A DNA stretch of 64,000 bases from Podarcis vaucheri (lineage: Eukaryota): assembly GCA_965113315.1 (NCBI GenBank), contig OZ220365.1, one strand, 5' to 3'. A program made the position numbers and the translations under genes. This document shows, piece by piece, positions 50,301-63,187 of this stretch; position 1 is the stretch's first letter, and each line of letters opens with the position of its first letter. The notes below the pieces were generated by a model. It ran no database searches and was not told the origin of the DNA. It worked only from the letters and a program-made list of their open reading frames with translations.

Positions 50301-53300
50301 CAGTAGGAGATTAGGTAATTCATTAGAAAGAATGTTTCAAAGCTAAAGAGAAGGAACCTTCAGAGCTGGTCTACAATTGCACTTCCTGCATAGATAATGA
50401 TGATGATTAAAATTTGTATAACAAAGTTTATAACCACAGATCTTAGGGCGCGTCACAACATCCAGCACCCCATATTTTCTGTCATCTGCTTATTATGTGT
50501 AGCACAACTCAGCACATGAGTTTGGATAATTATGCAATGAATTATCATGTTTGTGTGTGTGTGTGCACATGAAATAAGTGACCTAGCTTTAGCAAAAGAG
50601 AAAAAAAATTGCAACATATTTTGTATGGTAATTTTCATGTTAAAAATTATCCAGTATTAAGAATATGCCAAACTTTTAAAAATTGGATTGAACCCTTCCA
50701 AAATATGAAACATTTTTGTGGTGTTCATTCAACGAGTTATACGTTCACTCAATGAAAAATAGCTAACTTAATATTGGCTACTTGTGGAAAATTTGCTTTG
50801 GCACAGTTCTTTGGATGTTGAGTAGCATTGCTGTAGTGATAGTGGATGAATCCAGCAAGACTCTTTGGGAAAGTGTTGGCTTAGTAATTCAGTAATTAAA
50901 GCAGTATCAAAGAACTCTTATAGAACCATATGGTTTTTATTCTGTGCCTCGCCATTATGAACCAAACTACATGTGATAGAAGTTCCATTACTCTCCCTTG
51001 CAGCACTTAATTTTTTTAAAAAAAAAGCTGACACAGGAAGCTGGAACTGGGGGCAGATGGCTGACAGAAGGGAAGAGCTCCTAAATGCTTTTGCTTTCTG
51101 CTCTTTACATGCTGAAAATTGCCCCCTGCAGCTACTGTCCCATCACCAGGGGAAGAGATATAAGGTCCTCATATCTATTCCCTTCCCAGGAGAAAAGTAT
51201 TGGGATGGGGTTACTTTGCACAGAACAGCAGAAGCAGGAATGGTCATGTAGCTTCTCCCTTCAGCCAGTCCTCAGTTTCTCACAGCTGCTTAAAAAATAT
51301 GGAAGAAGAAATTAGCCTCTAATCTGTAGGTTGGCCCCTCAGCCTTTGCCTTAGCTTTCCAGCAGAAGAAACGTATACTCACTTTCATTGATAAAGGGCA
51401 GGCTATAAATATTTTATATAAACCAACTACAAACATGGACAGATCTATATAGCTATAACACCACGGAGAGCTATTTAGTTGCATCCACACACATTTTTGC
51501 AGCAATTTAGTGCCACATAATATAATAACAAATAATTATGGGATTTAATTCTGGATAAACAGACGTTTCACTTTTTATTTTAAATTGTCAAGAACGTTTA
51601 AGAAATCATAAATATAAACATCTATGATATACAGTTTTCCTTCCTGCTAAACATGACTTAATGCAGCTATAGAAATGACATTATAATTACAAATCAACTA
51701 TCAGAAAGTGCACTGAAATACAGTCAGATCTTGAAGTGGTAAAATGGCAGGAAAGCCTTGATGAGCTTTCAAGCAATTGAGGAGGGAACTTTAATAAACT
51801 TCTGTTTGAAAGCTGATCAGTGCTGGAATGTCTTTCCATTTCTCATGGATTTGTGGTCCAAATGTATTACTCAGCTTTTGGCACTGTCCTGTGATATTTT
51901 GTTATAGATGTATTCCAACAGAAGCATATCCCTTTTATCCAAGCAAGGCCTCTGCTAGATACTCTTTCATTCCAAAGTGTATAAAGCAAACAGTATGGAA
52001 AATGTAACTGTAACAAGGCTAGCAGAAGTATAGTATTTTTTTTAAAAAAAATTTATTTACATTGGATAAGAAAGATGCAAAATGGAACTCTTAGTATACC
52101 TTTTGTGAAATGCTAGTATGTGGTGGTAGCACAGTCTCCCCCCAAAAAAAATATGAATAAGTAAATCTAATGTTTCAAATTCTCAGTCTAGTCTTGTAAA
52201 AATGAGGAACATTATCCTCTCTACCCCATCCCATCTATTCCACCCAGTTTCTATGAATGGGAGAGATGTTAGGAACTCTTGTGCATTGCAACTTCTACTG
52301 GCTGTGGCTAAATCCAAGACATTGGACAGCTGCAGAAATAATGCTAAACCATATTTTAGGGACCACAAAAACATTTAACATTACAAGAATGAGCTTAGCT
52401 TTTGTCCAGGCCTGTGTGCTCTCCCTGCTTCTGCACCTTTGCTGTGAGAAGGAATCTGGAAGCCTTCCCATCCACTTTTGATTAACTGTAGTTTTGTCAT
52501 GTTGCCCAAATCTAGACAACTGATTATTATTAACTATAGTTAAGGAAACATGCTGACTTCAAACCATGGCGAAGGAGTTGATGAGCTAGTCTTATTTTTA
52601 TTAGCCATAGTTAAATTTAACTACAGTCTGGGGTTTGGACAACACACTAAACTGTGGTTAATCTCAGAACAGAAGTGGAAGCTTTTGATCTCCTTGTGGT
52701 CATGCCAGAGGAGGAGAGGGGTGGGGGGAGCGTGTGAGACCATTTTGTTCAAATACAACCACTGTTGTGTGGAAAGGAAAAATGGAAAAATAAAGTTCTG
52801 GGACAAGAAAGAACAAAACAAACCCACCCTCTCTTAAATTCTTCTATCTACACTATATCTTGCGAGAATGTTTTACTCATATGGTCATAGTTGGTCTTAG
52901 CCACCTCAACCATTTGTATAAATAATTACATACCTTGATCCAGACCTTAGTGCCCGAACCAATGCTCACCAACTTACTTGGGCACCCACTTTTAAGTCCC
53001 AAGAACAACTTTATATGGAGCTGTTGCCTTTCTTAGTAAAGAAGCCCTTGCATGTGGAGGACCCATGCATAGATCAGTGCCCCTATACCTTTAAAACAGT
53101 TAACAACTTTAAACAGCAAATCTAAGGTGTATAAAAAACATACATGCATTTAGTTATGTTTCTAATAATTTTTCTACAGGTTCATATTGTTGTAACTCCC
53201 ACAAATGTTAAAATTTACATTGACTGCCTTGAAATAATGGAAAAACCAATTAAAGAGGGTGGAAATATCACAACTGATGGCTATGAAATACTGGGTAAAC

Positions 53301-56300
53301 TACAGAAAGGTGACAGGAAAACAGCAACAGTAAGTAACAAGCTTTACTTTATATCCGTTCCAAGCACTTGCAAAATGTATTTTGAAATCCTTATTAAGAG
53401 TCTACTTACAACGTTTAGGGTATACCTAATGGCCAACAAGACTCAAATGGCATCTTAAAAACAAATATATTGTGGCAGGAGTTTTCATAGTGATACCCTA
53501 CTTCACCAAATAATGCTCTTTGGATTACACACAAGACACTATCACATATCACAAAAACTACTCATCTGCCCAGCTCTGGACCAATTTTATGCCATGAAGT
53601 CAGTTCCTTTTATATTGACTTAGGATAAATGTTCAGTCCAAGATGGATGAACTTGGTTGCTCCTTGTTACAATGTAAATGGTAATTTTTAGTCAAAATTA
53701 CCATATGAACCAAAAGCTGTAGCTCTGAGAAGTTGACTGGAGTATTCTCAGACCAAAATATAAATGTAAATGAACAAGTTAGAGTTTTCTGACCTCCATC
53801 AAAAAATCCCACAATGCATCTGTGTGCTTAATCAAGATATCCCCATGGCATTTGTCATAGAATAGAAGTTGGCCTTCTGATCTAGTAGCCTCAACATATG
53901 AGTCAACAGTAGCATAACTCAGTCATGAAAGGGCTTGAGTCACATAGTCTTTGGCTGGGAAAATATTTCTATTATCTGAACAACTTTCTCCCACTGCTAT
54001 TTTTATGTACTAATATATAAAGCTGCAAGACATTTATTGCATTAAACAAATCTTATGTGTGCTTTGTTAAAAATGTCTGTGATCCAAAGTAAACAATTAA
54101 GTGACCATTTATTCAATGTTGTCCTATGCTGTGTTGCTGAATAGCATTTTACTGCCTTGGCTGAATGGCAAAAATGATTATTGCATAATATCACTCTGCA
54201 TTACTATTTTTTTTTAATTTTCTGCAGATGTAACATTGAAGACATTTGTGTTTTTGTCTTACAGTTAGAGATCCAGAGCTTTGACATCGTATGTAATGCT
54301 GTTTGGACTAGCAGAGATAGGTGCTGTGACATTCCTTCTAGGGTAAATATAATTTTTAGAGCCTCATGTTAACAATCTGAGCCAGTCCTACACAGAGGAC
54401 AATGCGGAATAATGATTGAAAGGTCCCTGTTGGGAATGACAAATTGCTTATGTGACTCTGAATCATCCTGAGACTCAGAGGGCAAGAATGCAGATACTTT
54501 ACCAGAACCATATTATAAATGCTGCTATTTTGAACTTAGGTACAGTCAGGCCACATTTCAGTCCAATTTTATCCCTTACAGATACATTTCCCATACGTAT
54601 GTCAAGATTTGAGGGTTTATTTTTAAAATAAGCAATATATTTGCCCTATTCTACTCATACATATCCTCATAAATGCTGTTGGGGTTTTTTAATTGAGTAT
54701 GTGTGAGTCGAATTAGAGATGGAATAATGGGGTAGTTGGGCTATGGGATGATGAAATAGTCATGTTTTAGTTACTGCTAGTGTAAATTAGCAGGCAAAAC
54801 TCAAAAGGGTGAATTTGCACTAATCTGTAATGGGCTAAAGGTGGAAGAAAAGTTCAGATAAGGAAGGCAGAATGGTTGAGCGATGGTCAAGTGGAGGACA
54901 CTGTGTGGCTTCTGCCCAGAGAGAGGAGAAAAGATGAAAAAGAGATGTAGTCTTACAAGAATAACAAATTGAACCCTTGTGCCCTGAAGAAATGCTTCTA
55001 CTAAAATATGCTGGGCAATTTACTATCTTATTAAAGTTCTCCATGTTTTTTGTTTCAGTACCATTTTGAGACTTGCAACTTCTTATCGACTTCTGCCCCA
55101 AAGTTTGTGTTTGTTTAAGAAAACTCAATACAGTATCCCTCTTCCCAAATGAGTGCAAACAGTGTCTACTCTGAGTAGACACATGTCCTCTTTTTCCAGG
55201 ACACATCCTCTTTTTCATTGGTAGAGTCATCATAGCAATCCATAGTTAAAAGTAAAAGTCGGCAAAAGTGTCCTCTTTTTTGTTCTTCAGAATGGTTTTC
55301 TGATACACCTTCCTTCTGAAACCCAAGCAGCCCTGAAAATCTGTTACAGAGGTTGGGAACACTTCAGAAAGTGGCACAGGGGACTTCTAGGGGAAAGAAT
55401 GATAGGAGAATATTGTTTCCCCTCCTCTTCTGCTATCAGACACTTCTGTTGGATTATTAACTGTTTCAGAAGCAGGATGACAGCATTGAATTTTCCCTCA
55501 TATCGGTCACAGATTATATGGAAGCAGTAACTCTGGATGACCTTTAGAGAAAACCCCTATGGCACACATAAGCAACATGAATTCCTTTAATTCGTATGTG
55601 TTTATTACTATGTGTATGGGTAAATTGATTTATCTGAATCTGTTTTTAGTCCTAAGGATAAGTCCTACAATATAGGAAGTCATAAAAAGTGTAGCAAAAC
55701 ATCTGCTGAGTATTTTGCTCCGTCCATGAGCAATGTGCATTTGGGACTAAGCAGCAAGACTTCCACACCAGCCATCATGGTTCCCAGGCAACCTTGAGTC
55801 TCAGTTCTCTCTCCTGTCTGTCTGCCTGCCCTTAAAAATATAATTTAAACATGCTACAGACAATAAAAAACATATTTGAAACCATTCTCTTGGTGATCAT
55901 CCTTTAAAAAAATATTCAAGGGAAATGACAGATGTTTGTCCTTTAATTTTCAGAGGGATGAAGCAAAATGCCCATCGTTACCAAATGCTTGCACATGCAC
56001 ACAAGACAGCGTGGGACCTCCAGGACCTCCAGGACCTGCTGTAAGCAAAATTATTGCATTGTGATTACCAGACATGTGACTCTGTAGAGTACCTCAGATT
56101 AACAAACTGGAATCCATAGAACTCCAGTGACTTCAGGAAGCAGAGGTCAATGATGACGGCAACAACCTCTCTGTTCACACTAGCACAGGGAGCCAAATTA
56201 GCTGCAGCACCAGAATTAGTATAGCATCAGCTTTTGGTTGTTGATGCTCTAGCACAGGAGTAAGGAAATGGATCCCTTGCAAACAGCCCTGTATGGGACT

Positions 56301-59300
56301 TTGAAGCCCTCCTGACCATTGGCACTTCAGAAGCCCGGCATTTGGATTGGTGGCAAGTCTGAAGCACTGCATATGGTCAAAATGGGCTAGTGAGCCAACT
56401 GAGGAGGCCTGGTGGTTGATAATTATACAAAAGTATTGGGGGAGGTGGGTAGAAGAAGTGTTGTGGGGGTGGGGGAGCCATTTCCCTCTATTTCCTAACC
56501 ACAGTGACTTCTACGACTATCATGCCAGTCAATGAAGTGGTGAAACTGACAGGATTGTATCATCAGACTTCTGATCAGATTAATTTCACTCCTAAGAGGT
56601 AATTTAAGGAAGGGCAAAGAGAAATTTGTTGTTGAATGTGCTGCAGAAGGGGAAGTGAGCACCATTCAGAGTAAAAGTGTATTTTAAAAAGTGAGATCTT
56701 TTTCTTGAAATAGTGAGACATTACTGTGTGGGAGCAGGTATCCTTCCACACTATATTTGTAGAGAGTTATACAATAATAGACCTGCAGCATGAAGAGGTA
56801 TATATTCACAATTTCTTTACTGTATTAAAAATTATTAGCAAATGTTTAAAAACAGCCCAGGCGTGCATGTGGGTTTTCTTTTGTTTTTGTGCAGTGGGGG
56901 AGTGCTTCTTGTCACCATGATGATGTCACTACCCAACACATTCCTACAACAATAACTGTACACATGACTATGGCAGCAATGCTTGTTGTACTATTGGGAG
57001 CTAAAATCGGTTTTTCTAGGTACCGCTTAAAGTGTTACTGAAACCTTTACAGCAGTATTGATACACTGGCAATAATCACTGTGTGTACATTGGGCAACAA
57101 TATCACTGCCAAGTCTGGTGAAAAAACCACATCTAAGCACAGCTAGACTTCATAGCTTTCTTTGTTGTTTTTAGTATTTTTATCATAGACTTGTAGTGAG
57201 CAGTTTGAACCCCACAGCCCCACAATATGTTGTTCTAAAGTTTGCTAGTCTCTATTTGTGCTTTGAATGAGCCCATACTGAACCTTCTGCTTCACCATTC
57301 AGCTACTTGCAAGAAGTAATATAGCTACTTGAAAAAAGTAATATTTGCATGCATATATGATCTTGGACTTCCACGTCTATCTATCTATCCATCTATCTAT
57401 ACTCATTATTTGCTTGTTTTTGTTTTAGGGAGGCCCAGGTGCTAAGGGACCAAGAGGCGAAAGAGGCTTAACTGGGCCCTCTGTGAGTATCTGCCTAAAA
57501 TACACACTTAAGTGGATGTAAGTCCTATTGAACTCGGTAGGGCTTACTCCTGAGCAGACGTACACAAGATTGTTTGGTAACTGCTTTGTCTCCTCCCTTG
57601 GGTTTTTTAAAAAAAGACTTTTAACCAAGTAGTTATTTAAAGTTAAAGTATCAGTATTTAGTTCCATATATTAGAACCACATCGTATGCTACATTTTTAG
57701 TCTACTGTGAATTCAAGAAATATCTTTGCAAATATCTGTACCATATAGACACACACACCAGGGAGAAGTAATCTTACTGAGAATTCACTCTGTGACAGTT
57801 TTCCCTCTGAAATCAACCTCATTCATGTGAAATTATAATATCTGTATCTCACTTCAATTGCCTTCAGTTTCTATCATTAATACACATGTGAGGAAGATAT
57901 AAGAGAAAGGATGTCAGTTCTGCTGCATTGTTCTTCCCTGTCCCAGCAAGTTATGTGGGGTTGATTCATCATATGTATTTTGTGGAGGAACCTGAGGCAA
58001 TATTTGCCAACATCACAATGGAGGCACCAATATTTGTATCAAATAATGCCACCAAGTAATAATGGCGACACTCTTGGCTTATCATCTTTCACACCTTTAA
58101 ACTACATAATATTTTAATAAAGCTGCTACAATGTGACAAGCTCACCAGCAAGGCAAAGTTTTACCTCAGCTGATGGCTACCAGTGTTTCTAAATGCACTA
58201 AAAAAAGTGTTTCGGCAGAGGGCCGAAACACAGTAGAACCCTCAGATTTCTAGACAGGCCTTTTATAAATGCTGTCACCTTGTGAAAACATATTATGTGA
58301 ATCCATCTTTTACGTATGTTCTTTAAGATAACCACTTTGGAAGAATAAAAGGCTAGCTAGCAAATGGGTTTCTCTCTTTTTCTACTTTCAGGGGCCACCT
58401 GGTGCTCACGGAGATGTAGGACCTAGAGGCCCTCAAGGACCACCAGGACCGCAGGGGCCAAATGGACTTTCCATTACAGGAGAACCAGTGAGTAAACAGG
58501 CATTCTCTTTTTGGAGAGAGCAAGATAGCCTGCACAGCATATTTAGTGCTCTCAGATACTCTTTAACTATTGCGTTTTGACATTGTTCGTCACATAGTAG
58601 AAAATACTGGGAATAAAGTGCTTTAACACATGACATCATATTTACAAGCATTGCAATACTGGCAGATTACACACAAAAATAATAGCCATACTATTGTTGT
58701 GGTGATTTAGAAGGAACATGCCTTTCTGCATTTTCAGATAAATACTTATGCTTTAAAAAGATTAGGCAATTATCTGGCATACTCTGAACTATTTTCTGAT
58801 AGTTAATCATGTCACTGTATTCTGAGAAACTAAATCATGTGTTGTAGGCTGTGTAGGTAAACCAGAGGAAAGAATGACAAAGGGGCTGGAAGAAGCAGTC
58901 CAGTCTTCCCCAGAACCCCCCCCCCCCCGGTCTGGTGAATGGGATGGGCTGTACACTGTGGGGCTGGGATTCAAGGGATAATCACTCCAAGTCTTCCCAG
59001 CCCAGTTTGCATGATGAATGGCACCTTCTAAAACTTGCAGTATTTCTTCCTCCTAGGGTCGTCAAGGGATGAAAGGTGATGCTGGAGAGCCAGGACTACC
59101 TGGTCGCTCAGTAAGTTTGCTTTTTAAAAAAATAATATGGTCATGCTACTTATGCTGCACATGTCCCATAAGTGCTAACATATATTAAGTTCTCCCTTGT
59201 AGTCTGGTATGAATAAGTTTCTGTTTACCATATTTTTCGCTCTATAAGACACACCAGACCACAAGACGCACCTAGTTTTTGGAGGAGGAAAACAAGAAAA

Positions 59301-61600
59301 AAAATATTCTGAATCTCAGAAGCCAGAACAGCAAGAGGGATCACTGCGCAGTGAAAGCAGCAATCCCTCTTGCTGTTCTGGCTTCTGGGATAGCTGCGCA
59401 GCCTGCATTCGCTCCATAAGACGCACAAACATTTCCCCTTACTTTTTAGGAGGGAAAAAGTGAGTCTTATAGAGCAAAAAATGCGGCAGTTCCACTTGTT
59501 CTTCAACAGATGAGACAAAATGCTATTGAAGTACAAAGTAATAAAACAAGACCACACAGGTGCAAAACCACATCATGTATCAGCTGTGAATTGGTACTGA
59601 GAAATGGGACTAGGTTTTAAGGAAACAAAGAAGGCATCAAAGTTCCAGAAAAACTGGGCAACAACACAAGAAAAAAGACTCTCAAGCTCAGAGGCCTCAC
59701 TATCCACTTTTTACATCCCTTCATTTGGAGAACTGTTCCTTAATTCCTACTCTCTGCTTCTTTCTACTTAACCTATTCCTGCTCCAGAATAGGGCTGCTA
59801 GGCTTACTCAGGAGTCTTTGGTGATGTACCTTGTCAAAAGCTTTTTGAAAGTCCAAGTCAACTGTGTCAACCAGATCACCTCTGTCTCTATGCTTGTTGG
59901 TACTCTCAAGTGTGTGTCTTGTATTGCATAACTCAATAACCCTCTCTGATTAATAGTTTTCTTCTTCTGTAGGGATCTCCAGGCTTACCTGGGCCCCCTG
60001 GCCCAATGGGACCTCCAGGTGATAGGGTAAGCATTTTTGTTTTATATTTGTTGATGATCACAGTAGGTCTAGGGCTGTGCCATTGTTGGACAAAGATTCC
60101 TAGTTACACAACAATTTCCTACATGGAAATTGTTTTTACTAGTTTTGAGTAGGACATCCTTTTTGAGTACCAAAAGGAGGTGAGCTGGTGAGGGGCACCA
60201 TTTCAATGCTTGTACATGAACTGTGTTTTAACTTACATTGTGTTTCTTCTTTATGTACTCATGGCAAAATAAATATATGGATGACACTGCTCCCTTTGAC
60301 GGGAGAACATCATAGAACATTGTGTAAGGAGAAGCCACCTGGCTTGACTTTAGGAATACCACAGGGTAGAACTTCCTCAGCAGGACTTCACAGGGTCAGG
60401 GTGAATGAATGAAGAAAGCCTGCCGAACCTACCAAAAGAATCCCTAATGGATGGGTGGGAGGCAGCAGTTAAAAAACAATAATTACCATCACCCAAATGC
60501 TTAAGGTTGGTTTTGATTGTATGTGAAAAGTCAAAGTGTGCAGACCATCAGAGTAAAGACTCTGGCTAAGTTTAGATTGAGAGAGGAACAGTAAAGTTTT
60601 AGAATTAGAAATAAACTACTCTCTTGATATTGTCTGGTTATCTAAATCGCATAGTGCTTTCTCTTTGAAATTAATATGACAGCTATGACCACTACTCTTG
60701 ATTAGTTAATGTTTTTCTTTCTTGAGTGACTTTTTGGATGAGTGCTCATTATTCTCAGCCATTTTGGGGGGTGGGGTGAAGGGGCGCATGATGTGAAGAG
60801 TGGGGAAAGCTCCATTGTGCTAGAAGATGTCCTTGCAGAGAGCTTACGTTGAAAAGGCTGGTTAGGTGAATCCCGCCAACTAACAAAAAAGGCTGGGTGT
60901 GAGAAAGCAAACAACAGGAGAAAGAGGGAAACAGAGTCTTAGGTGTAACACATTAGAAGATGATGATGTTGGAACTTCCTCACAAGTAATTGAGCATTAG
61001 TATTCAGCATGAATTCTCAATCAGAGAAAAGCCTTGATATATTCACATGATAACTAGTTGATGTTAGCGTAACTGAAGCACAGAACTAAATCACACCTAG
61101 GCTGGCAATATCTTTTAAACATATATATGAATAGTTAATGGACATTAGCCTAAACCAGTCATCATGGAATTAGCGTATCCTTTTAAAGAAACAAAACAAT
61201 AAACTTTCACTTTTCAACTAGGGGTTCACTGGAAAAGATGGCCCAACTGGACCAAGAGGACCCCCTGGACCATTAGTAAGTGTTAGCTTGACTGTTTGTG
61301 GACTAACTGGGGGGTTTTGACATTGGGGAGGGATTAGCTTTGTAAAAGTCAGTTTGCTGTCATGGTTCTCCCTCTACCTCCTCATTGTTAGTTTCATAAA
61401 ATAACTACCTGAGCAGGTTAAATCATACAACTATGTAACCTCTTTTGCCCCAAACCCTAAAGGTTCCAAGGATCTTAAAACCATTTGGTGAGCCCTGTAC
61501 TCATTCTAAGTTCAGGGCTCTTGTCAACATGCCTCTCTGTGGGTTTGGTACAGTAGTTTATCTGGACAGTAATGCTTATGGATCTGTAGTATAAGGACCC

Positions 61601-61636
<36 letters not shown>

Positions 61637-63150
61637 CTTTTTAGCTTGCCCAGAACTCTCCACCATGTTGGGTGATGCTCATTTGAGGCAATGCTTCTCA
61701 GCTACTTACTTCTGTGCTGCCTTTTCCTTCCTTGTTTGTTTTTCTGTTTCCCTGCTACCTTTACTTTTCCCCTTGTCTCTATATCCAATATCCCTCATGT
61801 CCTTGTCTTGACCCCCATCTCCTTTTCACCCTGGTCAGCTCCAATTATACTCCTCTTGACACCATCTCCTTTCCCCCCTGCAACTTTTATCATGCAGCTG
61901 GTTGGGCATTTCTGTCTTTCCCATGACATTGGCTTGACCCAACCCTTCCACTCTGCCTGCCTTACCTTCTGGGCAGATGGAGCAACAGAGGAATCACTGC
62001 TCGCAGCATTCACAACATACTCTTATGTAGCCAAAAGAAGCATCAACCATGCATGCACATACACACACACACACAAGGGGTGTGTGTGGGGGGTGGGTGG
62101 GGGTGGTATCAACAGGCTTGGATGAACTGTAGGGCTTGTACATATACAAAAAACCTCAGGAAACAAAACTTAGGTGAAACTCTGCCCCCTAGCCCAATGA
62201 TGATTGAGCATGCTCAGTGGCTATGGAATGCCGACTGATTCTTGAAGGGGAGGGAGGACAGAAAAAACAAGGGGAGGGGTAATATAAAGGAGTATCATGG
62301 AAAAGGTCCTGGCTGGCACACTTCATTTTGTTGCAGGCCTAATTGGTTTGATATAATTTTGCATATTATTCAGTGCCAAATTTTGCTGTAATGTCACTCT
62401 GGCAAAATGTGCACCCTTTTGACTCCCCTCTTGCATTCTAAATCCTATTCCTATCAATCCTGTATTGTTTGTTATCCAGTTAGAACATTTGATGACTACA
62501 GATAGTTATGCAGGAGGTTTTATTAAGAAAAAGATCTGGCTGTGTCTAATGTGGTCTGCACATGTTCATTATGCTGGAAAATAGTCAAAAGGAAATCGTT
62601 TCGAGTACAGTTAAGCTTTGGGAATACTAGAAGCTTCATAATGTTTTATGAGGCTTGAAAATTTCTCTTATGGAATTTGTTCCTTTGATGTGATTAGAAA
62701 GATGTGAGTGTTTTGCTGCTGCTTGGAAAATCTGTTAAAAGAAAGCCTGCTAGTTGCTAGGACAATGCCTTTTCATGAAAAATCAATAGGCTAAGCATTA
62801 AAAATTATTTTCTTTTAAGATGCTATTTAATTACTTCCATACTAATTGTTAATTAAGTAAGTGAGAGACCAATCCTTTGCTCCCTGGGAGGGTAACTTAT
62901 GGGATACTGTGAGACTCCCTCTGCACTGACAGAGAAAATGGTAGTGGGCAGAGAGAGATGGCCAAGGATGCCAACTTCCAGGTGCAAAATATAGTCATAG
63001 ACATATCCAGTGCTATTTTTCTAGAAAAAGAGGTGCTGGAACTCACAAGGAATGCCTCCCTTGTTCTCTTATAATAGCAATGGTGTCCACCAGAGAGGTG
63101 CTGAAACTGAGTTCCAGTGAGTTCTGCGTGGAAATAAACCATACATATAC

Positions 63151-63187
<37 letters not shown>

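Noticed and set aside
50262-50310. Minus-strand CTGATGA...GAAA as an active hammerhead (also CTGATGA at ~4889 and ~15595)
   Set aside because: Stem II does not close against the core boxes, and I could not find stems I/III.
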